A program made the position numbers and the translations under genes. The notes under the pieces were generated by a model that saw nothing but the letters and a program-made list of their open reading frames with translations, did no database searches and had not been told where the DNA came from. Of a stretch of DNA of 64,000 bases, positions 28,132 through 39,135 are shown piece after piece. The stretch comes from Myxococcota bacterium (lineage in GTDB: Bacteria > Myxococcota_A > SURF-8). The stretch covers positions 4,544,001 through 4,608,000 of the forward strand of contig OZ223209.1 of NCBI GenBank assembly GCA_965140415.1, written 5' to 3'. Position 1 is the stretch's first letter. Each line of letters starts with the position of its first letter.

Positions 28132-29097
28132 TCAAACGGCTGCTTTACGTGACGCACCATTTTTTGCCGTGCTTCGGGGCGATCCCTTGATGTCTTCACC
28201 TTTGCAAAACAACTTGAAGATGTTAAGGAATTCCTGGTGTGCTTTGGATAAATGCAGATCGGAACGGTAGTAAAGGTTCACCGGTTTGGTCAATGTAATG
28301 CCTTCCAGCGGCTTGACGGTAACCAGTTTTTCCTTGATCTCGTTTCGTACGGCGCATTCCGGAACGATGCTGCCGCCCATGCCGCGAATTACCATACTCT
28401 TGATAATTTCGATGTTTTCCGATTCGATAACGGTGTCAAGCTGCAACTTGTGATCTCGCACAAGACCGTCTACCGCCTGGCGAATTTGGGATTGCTTGGA
28501 AAAGGAGATGAAGCGGCATTTTTCCAGCGATTCGACGGGCATGCTTTCTCGCTGCTGGACGCTGCATTCGTGTTCGCAATTTTTGGAACAGATGAAAATC
28601 AGCGGCTGGCCACCCATGCTCTTCGTGTCCAGGCCTTCGAATGTCTCATCGGTGTTCAGCAGACCGAAATCCAATTCCCCCGTTTTCAGCATGTAGACCA
28701 CATCGTCAATCGGTTTGAAGATGGTGTGCAGCATGATCTGCGGGAACTGGGTGGAGAACGATTTCAAGAAATCCGGCAACAGATAGTTTCCCAAAGAGGG
28801 CGTGCTGGCGATACGCAAACTGCCACGTACTTCCTTGCGGAACTGATCCATGGCCGTTTCCAGGTTACTGATATCCTGAAAGATATTACGGCAATGATCC
28901 AACAGCACCAGTCCTGCGTCCGTTAGTTTAACGGAACGCTTGGTGCGATCGAAAAGCTTGACTTGCAGCTGATCTTCTAACTGTTGGATTTGCTTGGATA
29001 ATGCCGGTTGTGTGATGTACAAGTGCTTGGCAGCCTTGGAGAAATTCAGATGCTGTGCGGTAACGTAAAAATAATGTAGCGTGTAGATATTCAGCAT
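28132..29097 (-). CDS. LysR-family transcriptional regulator
   Basis: NFSKAAKHLYITQPALSKQIQQLEDQLQVKLFDRTKRSVKLT HTH; alternative start at 29130. Confidence 0.92.
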   Translation of the reverse strand: MLNIYTLHYFYVTAQHLNFSKAAKHLYITQPALSKQIQQLEDQLQVKLFDRTKRSVKLTDAGLVLLDHCRNIFQDISNLETAMDQFRKEVRGSLRIASTPSLGNYLLPDFLKSFSTQFPQIMLHTIFKPIDDVVYMLKTGELDFGLLNTDETFEGLDTKSMGGQPLIFICSKNCEHECSVQQRESMPVESLEKCRFISFSKQSQIRQAVDGLVRDHKLQLDTVIESENIEIIKSMVIRGMGGSIVPECAVRNEIKEKLVTVKPLEGITLTKPVNLYYRSDLHLSKAHQEFLNIFKLFCKGEDIKGSPRSTAKNGASRKAAV

Positions 29098-29490
29098 GGG
29101 TTCCCACAACAAACGGTTGGTGATAATCATTTCGGCAGTTGCTCATTTCCGCCGAATCCCAATTACCTATAATCAGGATCTATGACCTTACTCAACAATA
29201 TATTATAACGCAAGAAAAATTATCGATATTATGAGATATTATTATAGTAGTGCTGAATGATTGGAATTGTAACGCTTTTTCCGTTTTGAATCGTGGTTCA
29301 GTTGCTGCGATGGGGTTGTAATGGCATTACCGGGTGTTTTGGACAACCGAAAAAGGGCGAATGAAACAGTGCAGTCGGGCCGGCTGATTCGGATCAAGGG
29401 GATTTCAACGAATTCGTTGCAAATCGAGCAGTATTTGGAAAGAAACCGCTAAGACATAGAATTGAAATGACTCGAACCTTTCGCTTTTGC

Positions 29491-29519
29491 TTGATCTTCC
29501 ACGGCGGATAGACTATGCT
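29491..29519 (+). promoter_or_regulatory. Sigma70-like promoter TTGATC-N17-TATGCT
   Basis: Hexamers identical to those at 23145-23173. Confidence 0.5.
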
Positions 29520-29596
29520 CCATCGCTAGAGATTTTACCTAGTTAGGTTTGAAAACGACCGATACGTTTACGGCTCGGGCGGAGAAGGAGGAGAGA

Positions 29597-30676
29597 ATGG
29601 CATACGAAGCGAAGCGCTGGCTGCAAAGCCTGATTCTGGTCATGGTGCTGGGACTCTTTCTGGCGGCTTGCGGCTCCAGTGACGAAGACGCCGATGGCGA
29701 TATCGATGGCGACACCAACGAGCCGACTGGCGGTCAGCTCTTTTTAGGTGGCAATGAAAACGGATACATGCTGCCGCACCTGTTCACCCATGACGGCGAA
29801 CTGGCGGTGCTGTATCGCAACGCACTAGGCATTTTCTTACAGAAGCCCTACACCGGCGATACCATCACCGTGGATATGCTGGGACAGACCAATCCGAATT
29901 ATGGCGTAACCAACTACACGCTGAACGAAAACTACCTGGTCTGGAATGAAAGCGGCTTGACCTATCGTTACCAGTGGAACCGCTCGACCTTGTCGGCGCA
30001 GACCGGTCTTTTGGCTCCGGGTATGTGCATCACCAAGAATCTGCGTGGCGATGACGTGCTGGTGGGTGCGGCGTCTAGCGGTCAGATGTACACCATCGCG
30101 CTTTCCAATTTCAACGATGCGCAGGAGCGCGTTCCAAAAAGCCTGACCGATCCGGCGGACAACACCGAAAACATACGCGTTCATAGCTTTGCCTGCTCGG
30201 GTGAAACTGCGCTGGTTGGTAGCGAAGACGGACGGCTCTTCTCGCTGAATCTGAACGATCCTACGCCGACGCTGGTCACTCTGCCCAACGTCAGCGGTGA
30301 AAGTTTCGATTTGTTGCAGTATAGCCCTCCATACGTCGTGTGGGTTGATCTGGCCAATGATATCAAAGTCTATAGCCTGGAAGCTCAATTGGAGCCGCTG
30401 GTTTTGGATGTGGACCCCAACAATCGGGTGCCGGAATATCGCCTGCGCGATCTGCGCATCTTCGACAACATCGTGTTGTGGAGCGACACTTCCTCGGGTA
30501 GCTCGGATATCTGGGGCGCGGACCTGACGTTGACCCAGGGTGGCGTGGACTACATCCAGATCACGAACGAAATTCACGACCAGAGCTATCCTTTCATCTA
30601 CGAAAACAAAATTTACTGGCAGGATAACCGCGACGATCTGGACGAGATCTTCTACGGATCGCTACCTGCATTTTGA
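29597..30676 (+). CDS. Lipoprotein, probable beta-propeller, with a DGD tether
   Basis: Lipobox LAAC then GSSDEDADGDIDGD; blade-like repeats NYLVWNE, YVVWVD, NIVLWSD, KIYWQDNR. Confidence 0.72.
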   Translation: MAYEAKRWLQSLILVMVLGLFLAACGSSDEDADGDIDGDTNEPTGGQLFLGGNENGYMLPHLFTHDGELAVLYRNALGIFLQKPYTGDTITVDMLGQTNPNYGVTNYTLNENYLVWNESGLTYRYQWNRSTLSAQTGLLAPGMCITKNLRGDDVLVGAASSGQMYTIALSNFNDAQERVPKSLTDPADNTENIRVHSFACSGETALVGSEDGRLFSLNLNDPTPTLVTLPNVSGESFDLLQYSPPYVVWVDLANDIKVYSLEAQLEPLVLDVDPNNRVPEYRLRDLRIFDNIVLWSDTSSGSSDIWGADLTLTQGGVDYIQITNEIHDQSYPFIYENKIYWQDNRDDLDEIFYGSLPAF

Positions 30677-30697
30677 TCCTACATCCCATGCTTTTAT

Positions 30698-30732
30698 ACC
30701 GGTGGAAGAGGTCGGCTTTTCCACCGGTTTTC
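30698..30732 (+). terminator. Intrinsic terminator
   Basis: ACCGGTGGAAGAG-GTCGG-CTTTTCCACCGGT followed by TTT. Confidence 0.65.
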
Positions 30733-30875
30733 ATTTCCATCCCCGTGTGGTAAATTGGGGAATTCCGAAGGATGAAAATCCATCGAAGAAGAACAGTAGC
30801 GAATTTTCTGCGGATGAAATTTAGGGGTTACTTTACATTCAGTATCGATAATAGCTGAAAAAACAGGAGAGAAGA

Positions 30876-31439
30876 ATGAAAAAGACCATGTTGAAATTGA
30901 TGATGTTGACGTTATTGGGTGTTTTTCTGATGGGAGCTGCTTCTTCCGCAGAAGCGGCGGGCAGAAAGATGGATCTGGGTATCGGCGGTCACATCGGCCT
31001 GGGTGGCACGACCGATGAACAATTCGCCTTCGCACTGACGCCGTACTTGAGCTTCAGCCCCATCGATAATCTTTCCGTTTTCGGGCGTTTGCCTTTTTAC
31101 GAAGGACTTTTCACCGGTCCGGTGGACATTCACCTCTTTCCTTTCCTGTTCGGTGCGCGCTATCATTTCCAGGTGATGGATAAGCTGCGGGTGTATCCGG
31201 GTATGGCATTAGGCTTTACCATTATTCATACTGCGGCCATCAAAGCGGGTGGATTTACGATAGCCGGGGCAAATGATGCGGTAAGGTTTTCGCTGAACTT
31301 CCAGGGCGGTGTGGAATACGAAGTAATTCCGAATCTTGGCCTGGACGCCTCGTTCGATATCTACCTGATCAACGTCGAGAAAAACGCCAACGCCCGTTTC
31401 GGAGTGACGCTCGGCGCGATTTATTACCTACCGATTTAG
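30876..31439 (+). CDS. Small outer-membrane beta-barrel (OmpW/OmpA-like, probably 8 strands)
   Basis: Signal peptide; alternating strands FGARYHF, GGVEYEV, TLGAIYYL. Confidence 0.78.
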   Translation: MKKTMLKLMMLTLLGVFLMGAASSAEAAGRKMDLGIGGHIGLGGTTDEQFAFALTPYLSFSPIDNLSVFGRLPFYEGLFTGPVDIHLFPFLFGARYHFQVMDKLRVYPGMALGFTIIHTAAIKAGGFTIAGANDAVRFSLNFQGGVEYEVIPNLGLDASFDIYLINVEKNANARFGVTLGAIYYLPI

Positions 31440-31461
31440 TGTTTGCTAAACCTTGAACGAC

Positions 31462-31490
31462 AAAACGGAGCCAGTCGGCTCCGTTTTTTT
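31462..31490 (+). terminator. Intrinsic terminator
   Basis: AAAACGGAGCC-AGTC-GGCTCCGTTTTTTT. Confidence 0.88.
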
Positions 31491-31581
31491 ATGCCGGTTC
31501 TTAATCATTTTTAGCGATTCGTTCTTTTGATTTACCGTAGCGGCGGAGCGTGAGCCCGCCAAGAAACATTAGTTGATTTCA

Positions 31582-31668
31582 GGGTGGCGCGGGCTAAACC
31601 GCAGGTTTGCCCGTGTTCAAAGGGCACATGGGCAAGCTTCGTTTCCCTCCGCTTGGCCCATGCCACAC
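31582..31668. mobile_element. Non-autonomous REP doublet (REPIN/MITE-like) matching both ends of the RAYT locus
   Basis: 31582-31616 resembles 38341-38373; 31626-31668 resembles 38958-39001; 9-bp spacer. Confidence 0.75.
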
Positions 31669-31780
31669 GTCAGTCCTGAACTATCGGTTTTCGGTCGGGG
31701 CCCCGTCCCGACCATAAAGACAAACGAATGGAGCAGAACAAGACCCCGCTCCAACGTTGATCAAGCGATGATACTACCCA

Positions 31781-32686
31781 TCATTCATAAGATGTGATCT
31801 GTGTGCGGCGCAGCGCCTTGTTGCCATCGGGCGCATCGTAAATTTCCAGCCTGCCCTCATCGGATAAGATCTCGATCATACGGCGGCGGATGATCGGGGA
31901 GTCTTCCAGTTTTTCCGACTGCCAGCGCTTGATGAAGTAGTTCATCCCGACATAGCCGGATTGGAAGGTTTGCTCGGCGCGTTCCAACTCGTGCAACAGC
32001 ACATCCATCATCTCCTCGGTGATGCGCTCGTCTAATTCTTCCTCGGAGATGTATTCGTATTCGCCGTTTTCATCGATCTCGTTGTACTCGTCCGCACGTT
32101 CTTGTTGGTATTGCGACGGAAAACCGTCTGCGCGGTGACCGAAATGATTCATGCCAGTAAGCAGATCGATGTGATCGAAGGCTGCCTTTCGGATGCGGGC
32201 GCTTAATCCCGCCTTGCCCCAGGTCGCGACATACACCTGCTTGCCGATGGCGCGCACGCCTTCAACCGCCGGCGTGTGATCCGCGTCGCCACTCATCAGC
32301 ACCAGAATGTCGAAAGCATTGACTGCCGCCAGCCGCAGCATATCAGCCACCATGGTGGTGTCGACTTCCTTTTCCTCGGTGAAGCGGTTCGTGCTGCCGC
32401 AACTGTTGCAGTTGTAAATGTGGGTTTTTCTGGGGAAGCGCTTGACGAAATATCCCGGTTGCAATTCCAGCATATCAAGGAAATTGGACAGCTTGCTCTG
32501 TCCTTCGTTTCGAGTGACGCTACCGGATTCGACACCGGTGTAATAGTAAGCGCCCCACAAGTGGGAGCCTTCCACCCGCTCGACGATCCAGTCGCTCATT
32601 TTGTTAAAGTCGATGATATGATTGGGGGCCTGGTCTTTAAGTCCGGAATAAAAATTCTTCCCATCAAAAAACAATGCTACTCTCAT
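31781..32686 (-). CDS. NYN-domain (LabA/DUF88, PIN-like) protein with a CxxC insert and a C-terminal helical domain
   Basis: FFDGKN, EKEVD, LMSGDADH, CNSC. Confidence 0.85.
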   Translation of the reverse strand: MRVALFFDGKNFYSGLKDQAPNHIIDFNKMSDWIVERVEGSHLWGAYYYTGVESGSVTRNEGQSKLSNFLDMLELQPGYFVKRFPRKTHIYNCNSCGSTNRFTEEKEVDTTMVADMLRLAAVNAFDILVLMSGDADHTPAVEGVRAIGKQVYVATWGKAGLSARIRKAAFDHIDLLTGMNHFGHRADGFPSQYQQERADEYNEIDENGEYEYISEEELDERITEEMMDVLLHELERAEQTFQSGYVGMNYFIKRWQSEKLEDSPIIRRRMIEILSDEGRLEIYDAPDGNKALRRTQITSYE

Positions 32687-32780
32687 GATAACCTCAATAT
32701 TTGGATTGAATTAAAGAACGTTTGTGTAAACACACTACAAAAACCAGATAGCCGTACCATACCGATAGTGGTACGTAGGG

Positions 32781-34913
32781 TCAAGGCAATTCAACGTTTG
32801 CCCGTCGATCTTTCTTGTCTTGCAATGGATGTTTTTGCTTGAGTCGTTGTGCGATCGCCTGCTGCAATTCATCCAGCTGTTTCAGTCGCTCATCGTTCGT
32901 ACTGATGCGGCCATAGCGTAGCGGTTCAAAGCATAACCGCCACTGTTGAAGTAGCGATGCCGACTGCGGGAAACGATGCTGAGCCAGGCTGAGCCATTCT
33001 CCCGCCGTTTGTCCGGGGGCATGTGGCAGCCCTTTTTTCTTCAGTAATTTTGCAAGGGTTTGAAAGCGTTTGGACAGCGCCGCTTCCTGAGATGATTTCT
33101 GTTTCGAGTTTTTAAAACGTTGCAACAAGTCTCCACGATTCAACCAGAGCAGAGGCAGTAGAACGAGCAGCAATAAAGACGCCAGCAATTCCTTGTGCTC
33201 GGAGAACCAGCGTTTGATCGATTCGCTGGAGGTCTGATGGATGGAGATTTCGGAGCTGTTGAGAAACGCGACCTGGTCGCGCACGGTGAAAGCGATCACG
33301 TAGCGTTGCCAGCGAAAAGCCAATGAATCGGCAAAGCGCGAAAAACGCGACCAGATGTCCTGGGCATAGGTTTCCCAACCCGCCGCCGGGGTGGGGTCGA
33401 AGCGCTGCCATTTATCATCGATGCGGGCTTCCACCCAGGCGTGAGCGTCGGATTGGCGCACGATGAAGTAATCCTCGTTGTCGTTGTATTCGCCCTCCTG
33501 AAAGCCGGTTACCAGTCGAGAGTGAATCCCTTGCGTGCGCAGCATGACCGTCATGGCGCTGGCGAAATATTCGCAGTGACCGGAACGGGTTTCGAAAAGA
33601 AACTGGGCCAGGGGATCGCTGCTAGGCAGTCGGTCCGGGTTCAGGCTATAGGAATAGTCGTTACGCAGGTGCGCCTCGATGCGTTGTGCAATCTGCAACG
33701 GCGTTTGGGCGTTGCCCGCTACGCGCCGTGCCAGTTCGGGGATACGCGGGTCCAGATTGCCGGGCAATTGCAGAAACGCCGCCATTTCCTGCGCATCGAG
33801 TAACAGGGGGCTGGTCGGCTGGCTCCAGACCGTGTAGCGCTGGAGATTTCTGGCATGGCGCGGAAAGGTCACCGCGTCGTTGGCGCGCAGGGTCAGCATG
33901 TGAACATTGGCCTGTACGCGGCCCACGAAGTCCGCATGCAGTAAGTAGCGTGCCTCCAGATCGTCCAGGTACATGGTTTGTTTGAACATGCGCTCCGGCG
34001 GCAGGTTGCTGATGGCGAAGGTGTGACGTCGACGGTTGGGGGCAATGCGGATCGAGTCCATGCGTTTGGCCCGCCAGCGCATCCCCTCGAAGGTATCCAT
34101 TACCGCTCCGCGCCAGTAATAGGGACGTGGCGGACTGGGGCCTTCGGTTTTGACGCGCAACACCACGGCGTGGTTCAGCTTGATTTCGCCCATTTCCCCG
34201 ATATTGACTTCATTGGAAAATCCGCTGAAACGTTTTTGTATGCCAAAGGAAAAACTGGCCAACGCGGTTCCCGGTCGCGGCAGCACGAAAAAGCCGAGAA
34301 AGGTCAACAGGACCAGAATCGGTATGCTGATTAATAGAAATGCGGCGAAACGCGGACGCAGAATGGCTTTTTCGGTTTTTTGCAGCAAGACCGGATACTG
34401 TGGTCGATCCAGAATGCGTGCCCGGAAGGAGAGCAGCATCAAGGTCCACATCGCTAAAAACAGGTAGCTCGCCAGAAACAGCCCGAAAGACAATTCGAAA
34501 TTGACGACCGTACCGTAGATGATCTGGGAGAACGCCAACGCCAGTACCTGTAAGTAATCGCGAGGCGTTTTGGCGGTAAAATACTTGATCAGTGGTAGTA
34601 GCAGCAGGATAAAGTTCAGTGCATCCAGGAAAAAAAGCTGGCGTGTAAAGGTCAGTACGAAGCCGCCCATCACCAGCACGAATGTCAAGAATGTCCACCA
34701 TGATGTCGGAAACAGTATCGGTGCAGGTCGGAAGAAGGTAATGTAGCCGATGACCAGGGCCACCAATAACGGCAACCCCCAGATGGGGGGGTAGATCGCA
34801 GCGGCGAAAAGCATGCCATAGCCGTTGATGACCGCCAGGGTCAGCGCCAGCCTCAAATGGGCGTCCAGCCGGGAGGCGGGCCGGGGCAAACTAGCGGATG
34901 CGGTAGTCGCCAT
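32781..34913 (-). CDS. Membrane transglutaminase-like protein (TgpA family; DUF3488 + TGc)
   Basis: [19 protein letters not shown]; multiple N-terminal TM helices. Confidence 0.9.
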   Translation of the reverse strand: MATTASASLPRPASRLDAHLRLALTLAVINGYGMLFAAAIYPPIWGLPLLVALVIGYITFFRPAPILFPTSWWTFLTFVLVMGGFVLTFTRQLFFLDALNFILLLLPLIKYFTAKTPRDYLQVLALAFSQIIYGTVVNFELSFGLFLASYLFLAMWTLMLLSFRARILDRPQYPVLLQKTEKAILRPRFAAFLLISIPILVLLTFLGFFVLPRPGTALASFSFGIQKRFSGFSNEVNIGEMGEIKLNHAVVLRVKTEGPSPPRPYYWRGAVMDTFEGMRWRAKRMDSIRIAPNRRRHTFAISNLPPERMFKQTMYLDDLEARYLLHADFVGRVQANVHMLTLRANDAVTFPRHARNLQRYTVWSQPTSPLLLDAQEMAAFLQLPGNLDPRIPELARRVAGNAQTPLQIAQRIEAHLRNDYSYSLNPDRLPSSDPLAQFLFETRSGHCEYFASAMTVMLRTQGIHSRLVTGFQEGEYNDNEDYFIVRQSDAHAWVEARIDDKWQRFDPTPAAGWETYAQDIWSRFSRFADSLAFRWQRYVIAFTVRDQVAFLNSSEISIHQTSSESIKRWFSEHKELLASLLLLVLLPLLWLNRGDLLQRFKNSKQKSSQEAALSKRFQTLAKLLKKKGLPHAPGQTAGEWLSLAQHRFPQSASLLQQWRLCFEPLRYGRISTNDERLKQLDELQQAIAQRLKQKHPLQDKKDRRANVELP

Positions 34914-35952
34914 TGGCGTACACCTCCAGAATGCGCTCGGCTTTGTCGGGCCGGGTCGGGGTTACAGGGGCGCTATAGCGCGCCAGCCAACTCAACGCCT
35001 GGCGCAGGTGGCCGGGCCTGTGATCGTAATGTTCAAGACTCAAGCTTCCAGCCAGATAAAAGGGCAGGCGGTGAGTGTAGAGCCAGAGTAGCAGAGAGGC
35101 GGCGGTTTCCAGGCCGCGCTCATGGTTTTTGCCCCCCTGCGGATCGAAGAGCACCGCTACGCGGCGGGAGTCGTTTTCTTCATACTCCTTTACGAAGAGT
35201 TCATCGAGATAGGCGCTTTTCTTCCAGTCGATGCGCCGCAAGGGGTCGCCCTTGTTGTATTCACGCACGCAGCAGATGGCGTCGCCTTCGCCGCGTCGAT
35301 CGCTCTGTTCGCCTTCCCCGGCGGCAAAGAGATCCTGAATTTCCAGCGACACATCCACCAATGCCGGATATACCAGCACGCGCTGCTCGGGAGCCACTTC
35401 GCGCGTTTTGGAAAACAGCAGAAACGGGTACTGCGTTTCCAGCTTGAATGAGGGCAGCCACTGTTCCCCGCGTTTTAACAAGCGTGCGCGTGTAAGTTGC
35501 GTATCTCGTCCCCCAGCCGGTAAATGCACCATGAAGGGTTGCTCGTCCGCTTCGAACAGGGCCGCATCACGCAGGCCGAAGGCGTAAGCGCCGATACGCT
35601 TGGCGCGATTGAGAAAGGTCAAGGTCAGGGGGAAAGGACGCTTCGCGAACAGATCCGGGGGAAAGTCGCGCTGCACGTCGATATCGCCCAGACTCGCTTC
35701 GGAAAGCAGACCGGAAAAGATCATCATCACCAGCATGGCCGAAAAGAGCAGAAATAGCAGGTTGTTATTGGTGGTGTAGGCAAAGGCCACGATTAGCAGC
35801 ATGAAACCGAAATAGATCCACCCCGCTTTGGTGGGAATCAGTTTTCTGGGTGGTGTGAAAAGCAAGCGCAGAACGCCAGAAACGCCATGCTCCTCGTAGG
35901 CGCGCTGGTAGCGACGTCGCCGTTTTTCTTTTCGCTCTTGCCGCCGGGTCAT
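34891..35952 (-). CDS. DUF58-domain protein
   Basis: [18 protein letters not shown]; lies between the MoxR and transglutaminase genes. Confidence 0.88.
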   Translation of the reverse strand: MTRRQERKEKRRRRYQRAYEEHGVSGVLRLLFTPPRKLIPTKAGWIYFGFMLLIVAFAYTTNNNLLFLLFSAMLVMMIFSGLLSEASLGDIDVQRDFPPDLFAKRPFPLTLTFLNRAKRIGAYAFGLRDAALFEADEQPFMVHLPAGGRDTQLTRARLLKRGEQWLPSFKLETQYPFLLFSKTREVAPEQRVLVYPALVDVSLEIQDLFAAGEGEQSDRRGEGDAICCVREYNKGDPLRRIDWKKSAYLDELFVKEYEENDSRRVAVLFDPQGGKNHERGLETAASLLLWLYTHRLPFYLAGSLSLEHYDHRPGHLRQALSWLARYSAPVTPTRPDKAERILEVYANGDYRIR

Positions 35953-35961
35953 GCCACGGCC

Positions 35962-36930
35962 TTAAACCGGAACGGGGACGGTGTCTAGCAGTTCCGACAG
36001 GATCGCCTCGGCGCTGGTGCGACTGCCGCCGGGTCCGTGACCGTTGTCGGCGGGAATGAGGCGATGCACCCAGACGGGCTTTGCCAGTTGCTTCAGATCG
36101 TCGGGCCGGACGAAGTCGCGCCCTTTGAAGAACGCCAGCGCCTGAGCGGCGTGCTTTAAAGCCAATGAGCCGCGCGGCGATACCGCCAGCGAAATGCGCT
36201 TGTCCTGGCGCGTGGCATTGGCGAGGCGGATCAGGTAGTCCGTGACGCTGTCTTCCACGTGAATCTGTAATACTTCCGAGCGCATGGCGGCGACATCGGA
36301 GCCGCTGAGCACCGGGGGCAGATCGTTGGCGGAGAGAGTGGACAGGTTGCGCTGCAAAATGTCTTTTTCCGCCTGCGCGTCCGGATAGCCGAGCTGCGTA
36401 CAGAGCAGGAAGCGGTCCAACTGGCTTTCCGGCAGCGGAAAGGTTCCATGATGCTCCACGGGGTTTTGTGTGGCGACGACGATAAAGGGATCGGGCAGCG
36501 TAAATGTGCGATTTTCCACCGTTACTCGCCGTTCGGTCATGGCCTCCAATAGCGCCGACTGCGTTTTGGGCGAGGTGCGGTTGATCTCGTCCGCCAGCAC
36601 GACTCCCGCAAAGATCGGCCCCTTAACAAAGCGAAAACGCTCCGTTTTTCGGGAGTACATCACCATTCCCAGAATGTCCGCCGGGATGGTGTCGTTGGTG
36701 AACTGGATGCGCCGGAAGGGCGCGTCGATGGAGCGCGCCAGTGCCAGCGCCAGCAGCGTTTTTCCCATGCCTGGAATGTCTTCCAAAAGCAGATGTCCAC
36801 CGGCAAGCAAGCTGACGATTGCCAGTTCAACGGTGCTGTCTTTTCCGCGCACGATGGAGGTCACATTCGTAAAAAGAGCGTCTAGTTTTTGCTGTGAACC
36901 GGAGTGGTCGCGTTTCGCCTGTAAAGCCAT
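35962..36930 (-). CDS. moxR: MoxR-family AAA+ ATPase
   Basis: EDIPGMGKT, LADEINR, ATQNP, FPLPESQLDRF; GGAGAG RBS before ATG 36930. Confidence 0.93.
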   Translation of the reverse strand: MALQAKRDHSGSQQKLDALFTNVTSIVRGKDSTVELAIVSLLAGGHLLLEDIPGMGKTLLALALARSIDAPFRRIQFTNDTIPADILGMVMYSRKTERFRFVKGPIFAGVVLADEINRTSPKTQSALLEAMTERRVTVENRTFTLPDPFIVVATQNPVEHHGTFPLPESQLDRFLLCTQLGYPDAQAEKDILQRNLSTLSANDLPPVLSGSDVAAMRSEVLQIHVEDSVTDYLIRLANATRQDKRISLAVSPRGSLALKHAAQALAFFKGRDFVRPDDLKQLAKPVWVHRLIPADNGHGPGGSRTSAEAILSELLDTVPVPV

Positions 36931-37059
36931 TGTCTCTCCCATAACGTGGGTTGTCCTTGCATACTAGAACCGCTTTGGACGCAAAAGCATTCCAAAAAGT
37001 GAACGGCTTAGTTTCTCTTTTTTCCGTTCACGGGTCAAGTTTCTTTTGATTTCAGGTGG

Positions 37060-38112
37060 TTAGGAGTTTGTTTGATGGCGCTTGCGGATACGTTGCAAGG
37101 CCCATTGCAGGTGACGGCTCACCATCTCGTCCGTTTCCGATTCCACTACTTCTTCAAGTATGGGAAGCAGTGTTTCGTTACCGACATTGCCAGCCGCGAT
37201 TGCGGCGTTTCTTGCCAGACCCGCGCGTTTTGGACGCATGGCCGCCGTTCCCGAAAAACGCTCCCGAAAGCCTGGTTCGTCCAGTTTGAGAATCTCGGCC
37301 AGAGCCGGAAATTGGGGTATCCGTATTTTCAGGAAATCCGGTTCACTTGTGCTTTTGGCTTTTTGATTGTAGGGACAAACCATCTGGCAGGCATCGCAGC
37401 CCAGAACCCAGCGTCCCATACGTTCCTGTAATTCTTCAGGTATTTCACCTTTGTGCTCTACCGTCAGATAGCTGATGCAGCGGCGGGAGTCGAGTTGGTT
37501 CGCAGCGACAAGCGCCTGGGTCGGGCAGGCGTTCAGGCAGCGGCGGCAGTCGCCGCAGTCGCCGGGAAGCGGCGCGTCGGGTGGCAGCGGGAAGGTCGTT
37601 AGAATCACCGCTAAAAAGAGATAGGAGCCGTACTCGGGATGAATCAGGCAGTTGTTTTTTCCAATAAATCCCAAGCCTGCCGCCTGGGCGTAAGCGCGCT
37701 CCAAAACCGGGCCGTAATCGACGTAGCTTTTCGGACTGTCGCCCTGCTCGCGCAGCCAATTCACGAGTTTTTTCAAACGTTTCTCGAAGATGCGGTGGTA
37801 GTCGCGCCCGGTGGCGTAGCGACTGACGCGCCCGTGGTTCTCAAAAGCGTGTTTCTGTTGTGAGCTTGCTTGGGAGTATGGCAGTCCGAGTACGATGACC
37901 GCTTGGACATTGGGCAGCACCGCCCGGATGCCGTCCGTCAGATCGCGTCGCCGGGTGAGGTAGTCCATTTCGGCGTGATATCCCGCCTCGATCCAGGTTT
38001 GCACCCGCGTGAGATGCGCCGGGTCCAACTCGGGCAGGGCGACTCCCAGTAAAGGAAAGCCAAGCTTATGGGCTCGGGTTCTCAGTTCGGATTTGATGGC
38101 GTTCATCGTCAT
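37060..38112 (-). CDS. queG: Epoxyqueuosine reductase
   Basis: SRYATGRDYH, CGDCRRCLNACP, CISYLT, GCDACQMVCP. Confidence 0.93.
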   Translation of the reverse strand: MTMNAIKSELRTRAHKLGFPLLGVALPELDPAHLTRVQTWIEAGYHAEMDYLTRRRDLTDGIRAVLPNVQAVIVLGLPYSQASSQQKHAFENHGRVSRYATGRDYHRIFEKRLKKLVNWLREQGDSPKSYVDYGPVLERAYAQAAGLGFIGKNNCLIHPEYGSYLFLAVILTTFPLPPDAPLPGDCGDCRRCLNACPTQALVAANQLDSRRCISYLTVEHKGEIPEELQERMGRWVLGCDACQMVCPYNQKAKSTSEPDFLKIRIPQFPALAEILKLDEPGFRERFSGTAAMRPKRAGLARNAAIAAGNVGNETLLPILEEVVESETDEMVSRHLQWALQRIRKRHQTNS

Positions 38113-38209
38113 GTCGGCATGCTAAGACGCCGCCGGGAGGAAGTCAAGAAAGTGGAAAAATCAGAAATGGGGGGATTGGCAAATCCCGTTGAAGTTAACA
38201 GTCGAAGTA

Positions 38210-38237
38210 GTAGGCCGGACAGATTTTCTGTCCGACA
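38210..38237 (+). repeat. GTAG-class REP
   Basis: GTAGGCCGGACAGATTTTCTGTCCGACA; related copies at 61604-61676. Confidence 0.6.
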
Positions 38238-38340
38238 ATTTACTCTTGATGTTCAATTGCTACAAATAATACAATCCTCACATGAAGGATCTAAGACGGG
38301 CGGGTGGCCGTGACAAGCCCTGAGCATTGAAAACACGACC

Positions 38341-39001
38341 GGGTGGCATGGGCTAAGCGCAGCTTGCCCATGTTTCCTTAATGCTGTATTATTACCAATC
38401 TATGGAACACTATAAACGAAATAATACCCATTTCAACGATCCTGGTCACGTTCATGAGCTTACATTCTCTTGCTATCATCACTGGCCTTTATTGCAAAAG
38501 GATCGCCCGAAACTGTGGCTTTGTAATGCCGTAAATAATGCAAGTAAAGCACTGGACTATTCTGTTTGGGCCTACGTCGTTATGCCGGAACACGTTCACA
38601 TTTTAGTCTTTCCCAAAAACGAAAAATAGGACATTTCTCAATTCCTGAAAAGAGTTGAACAGTCTGTATCAAGACGGTCGAAAAATTGGCTTGAACAAAA
38701 TGACAGGAAGTGGCTCGAAAAGCTGACCATCACCGGAGCGAATGGAAAAAGAGTCTTTCGATTTTGGCAAGCAGGCGGAGGATATGATAGAAATATAACA
38801 AGTGAAACCACCTTGTGGAAGACCATCGAATATATCCATGCCAATCCCGTTCGTCGTGGTCTGGTTGATGAAACAATAGATTGGAAATGGTCGAGTGCTT
38901 TGGACTATGAAAATAGAGGTGAGGGTCCAATTCTTGTCAACAGGATTGTGCCATGATACACGGGCAAGCTCCGTTTCACTCCGCTTGGCCACCTGCCACC
39001 C
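38341..39001 (+). mobile_element. REP-flanked RAYT locus (GGTG-class REPs in inverted orientation at 38341-38373 and 38958-39001)
   Basis: GGGTGGCATGGGCTAAGCGCAGCTTGCCCATGT ... ACACGGGCAAGCTCCGTTTCACTCCGCTTGGCCACCTGCCACCC. Confidence 0.78.
38402..38956 (+). pseudogene. REP-associated tyrosine (HUH/Y1) transposase interrupted by an in-frame TAG at 38627-38629
   Basis: HELTFSC, YVVMPEHVH (HUH), then TAG, then in frame FWQAGGGYDRN, YIHANPVRRGLV, WKWSS to TGA at 38956. Confidence 0.88.
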
Positions 39002-39086
39002 TTTGTCACGACCACTTACCAACCTACCCATTCTTACATAAAACGGTCGGTTCCAACTACCCTCCCCTACCCCCATAAACGACCGA

Positions 39087-39110
39087 GGGGGCACGGAAAC
39101 CCGCGCCCCC
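39087..39110 (-). terminator. GC-rich hairpin downstream of the metallohydrolase gene
   Basis: Minus strand GGGGGCGCGG-GTTT-CCGTGCCCCC; weak U-tract. Confidence 0.4.
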
Positions 39111-39135
39111 ATTCGGTGCGATCTTGTTCTCGATT

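Noticed and set aside
36975-36995. GGACGCAAAAGC resembling a c-di-GMP-I riboswitch core
   Set aside because: It lacks the upstream GGCAAA/GNRA stem and P2, and is on the wrong strand for the flanking genes.
38627-38629. In-frame TAG as pyrrolysine or stop-codon reassignment
   Set aside because: TAG ends ordinary genes here (e.g. ldcA, thiM); no pyl genes seen; a single Tyr-to-stop mutation is simpler.
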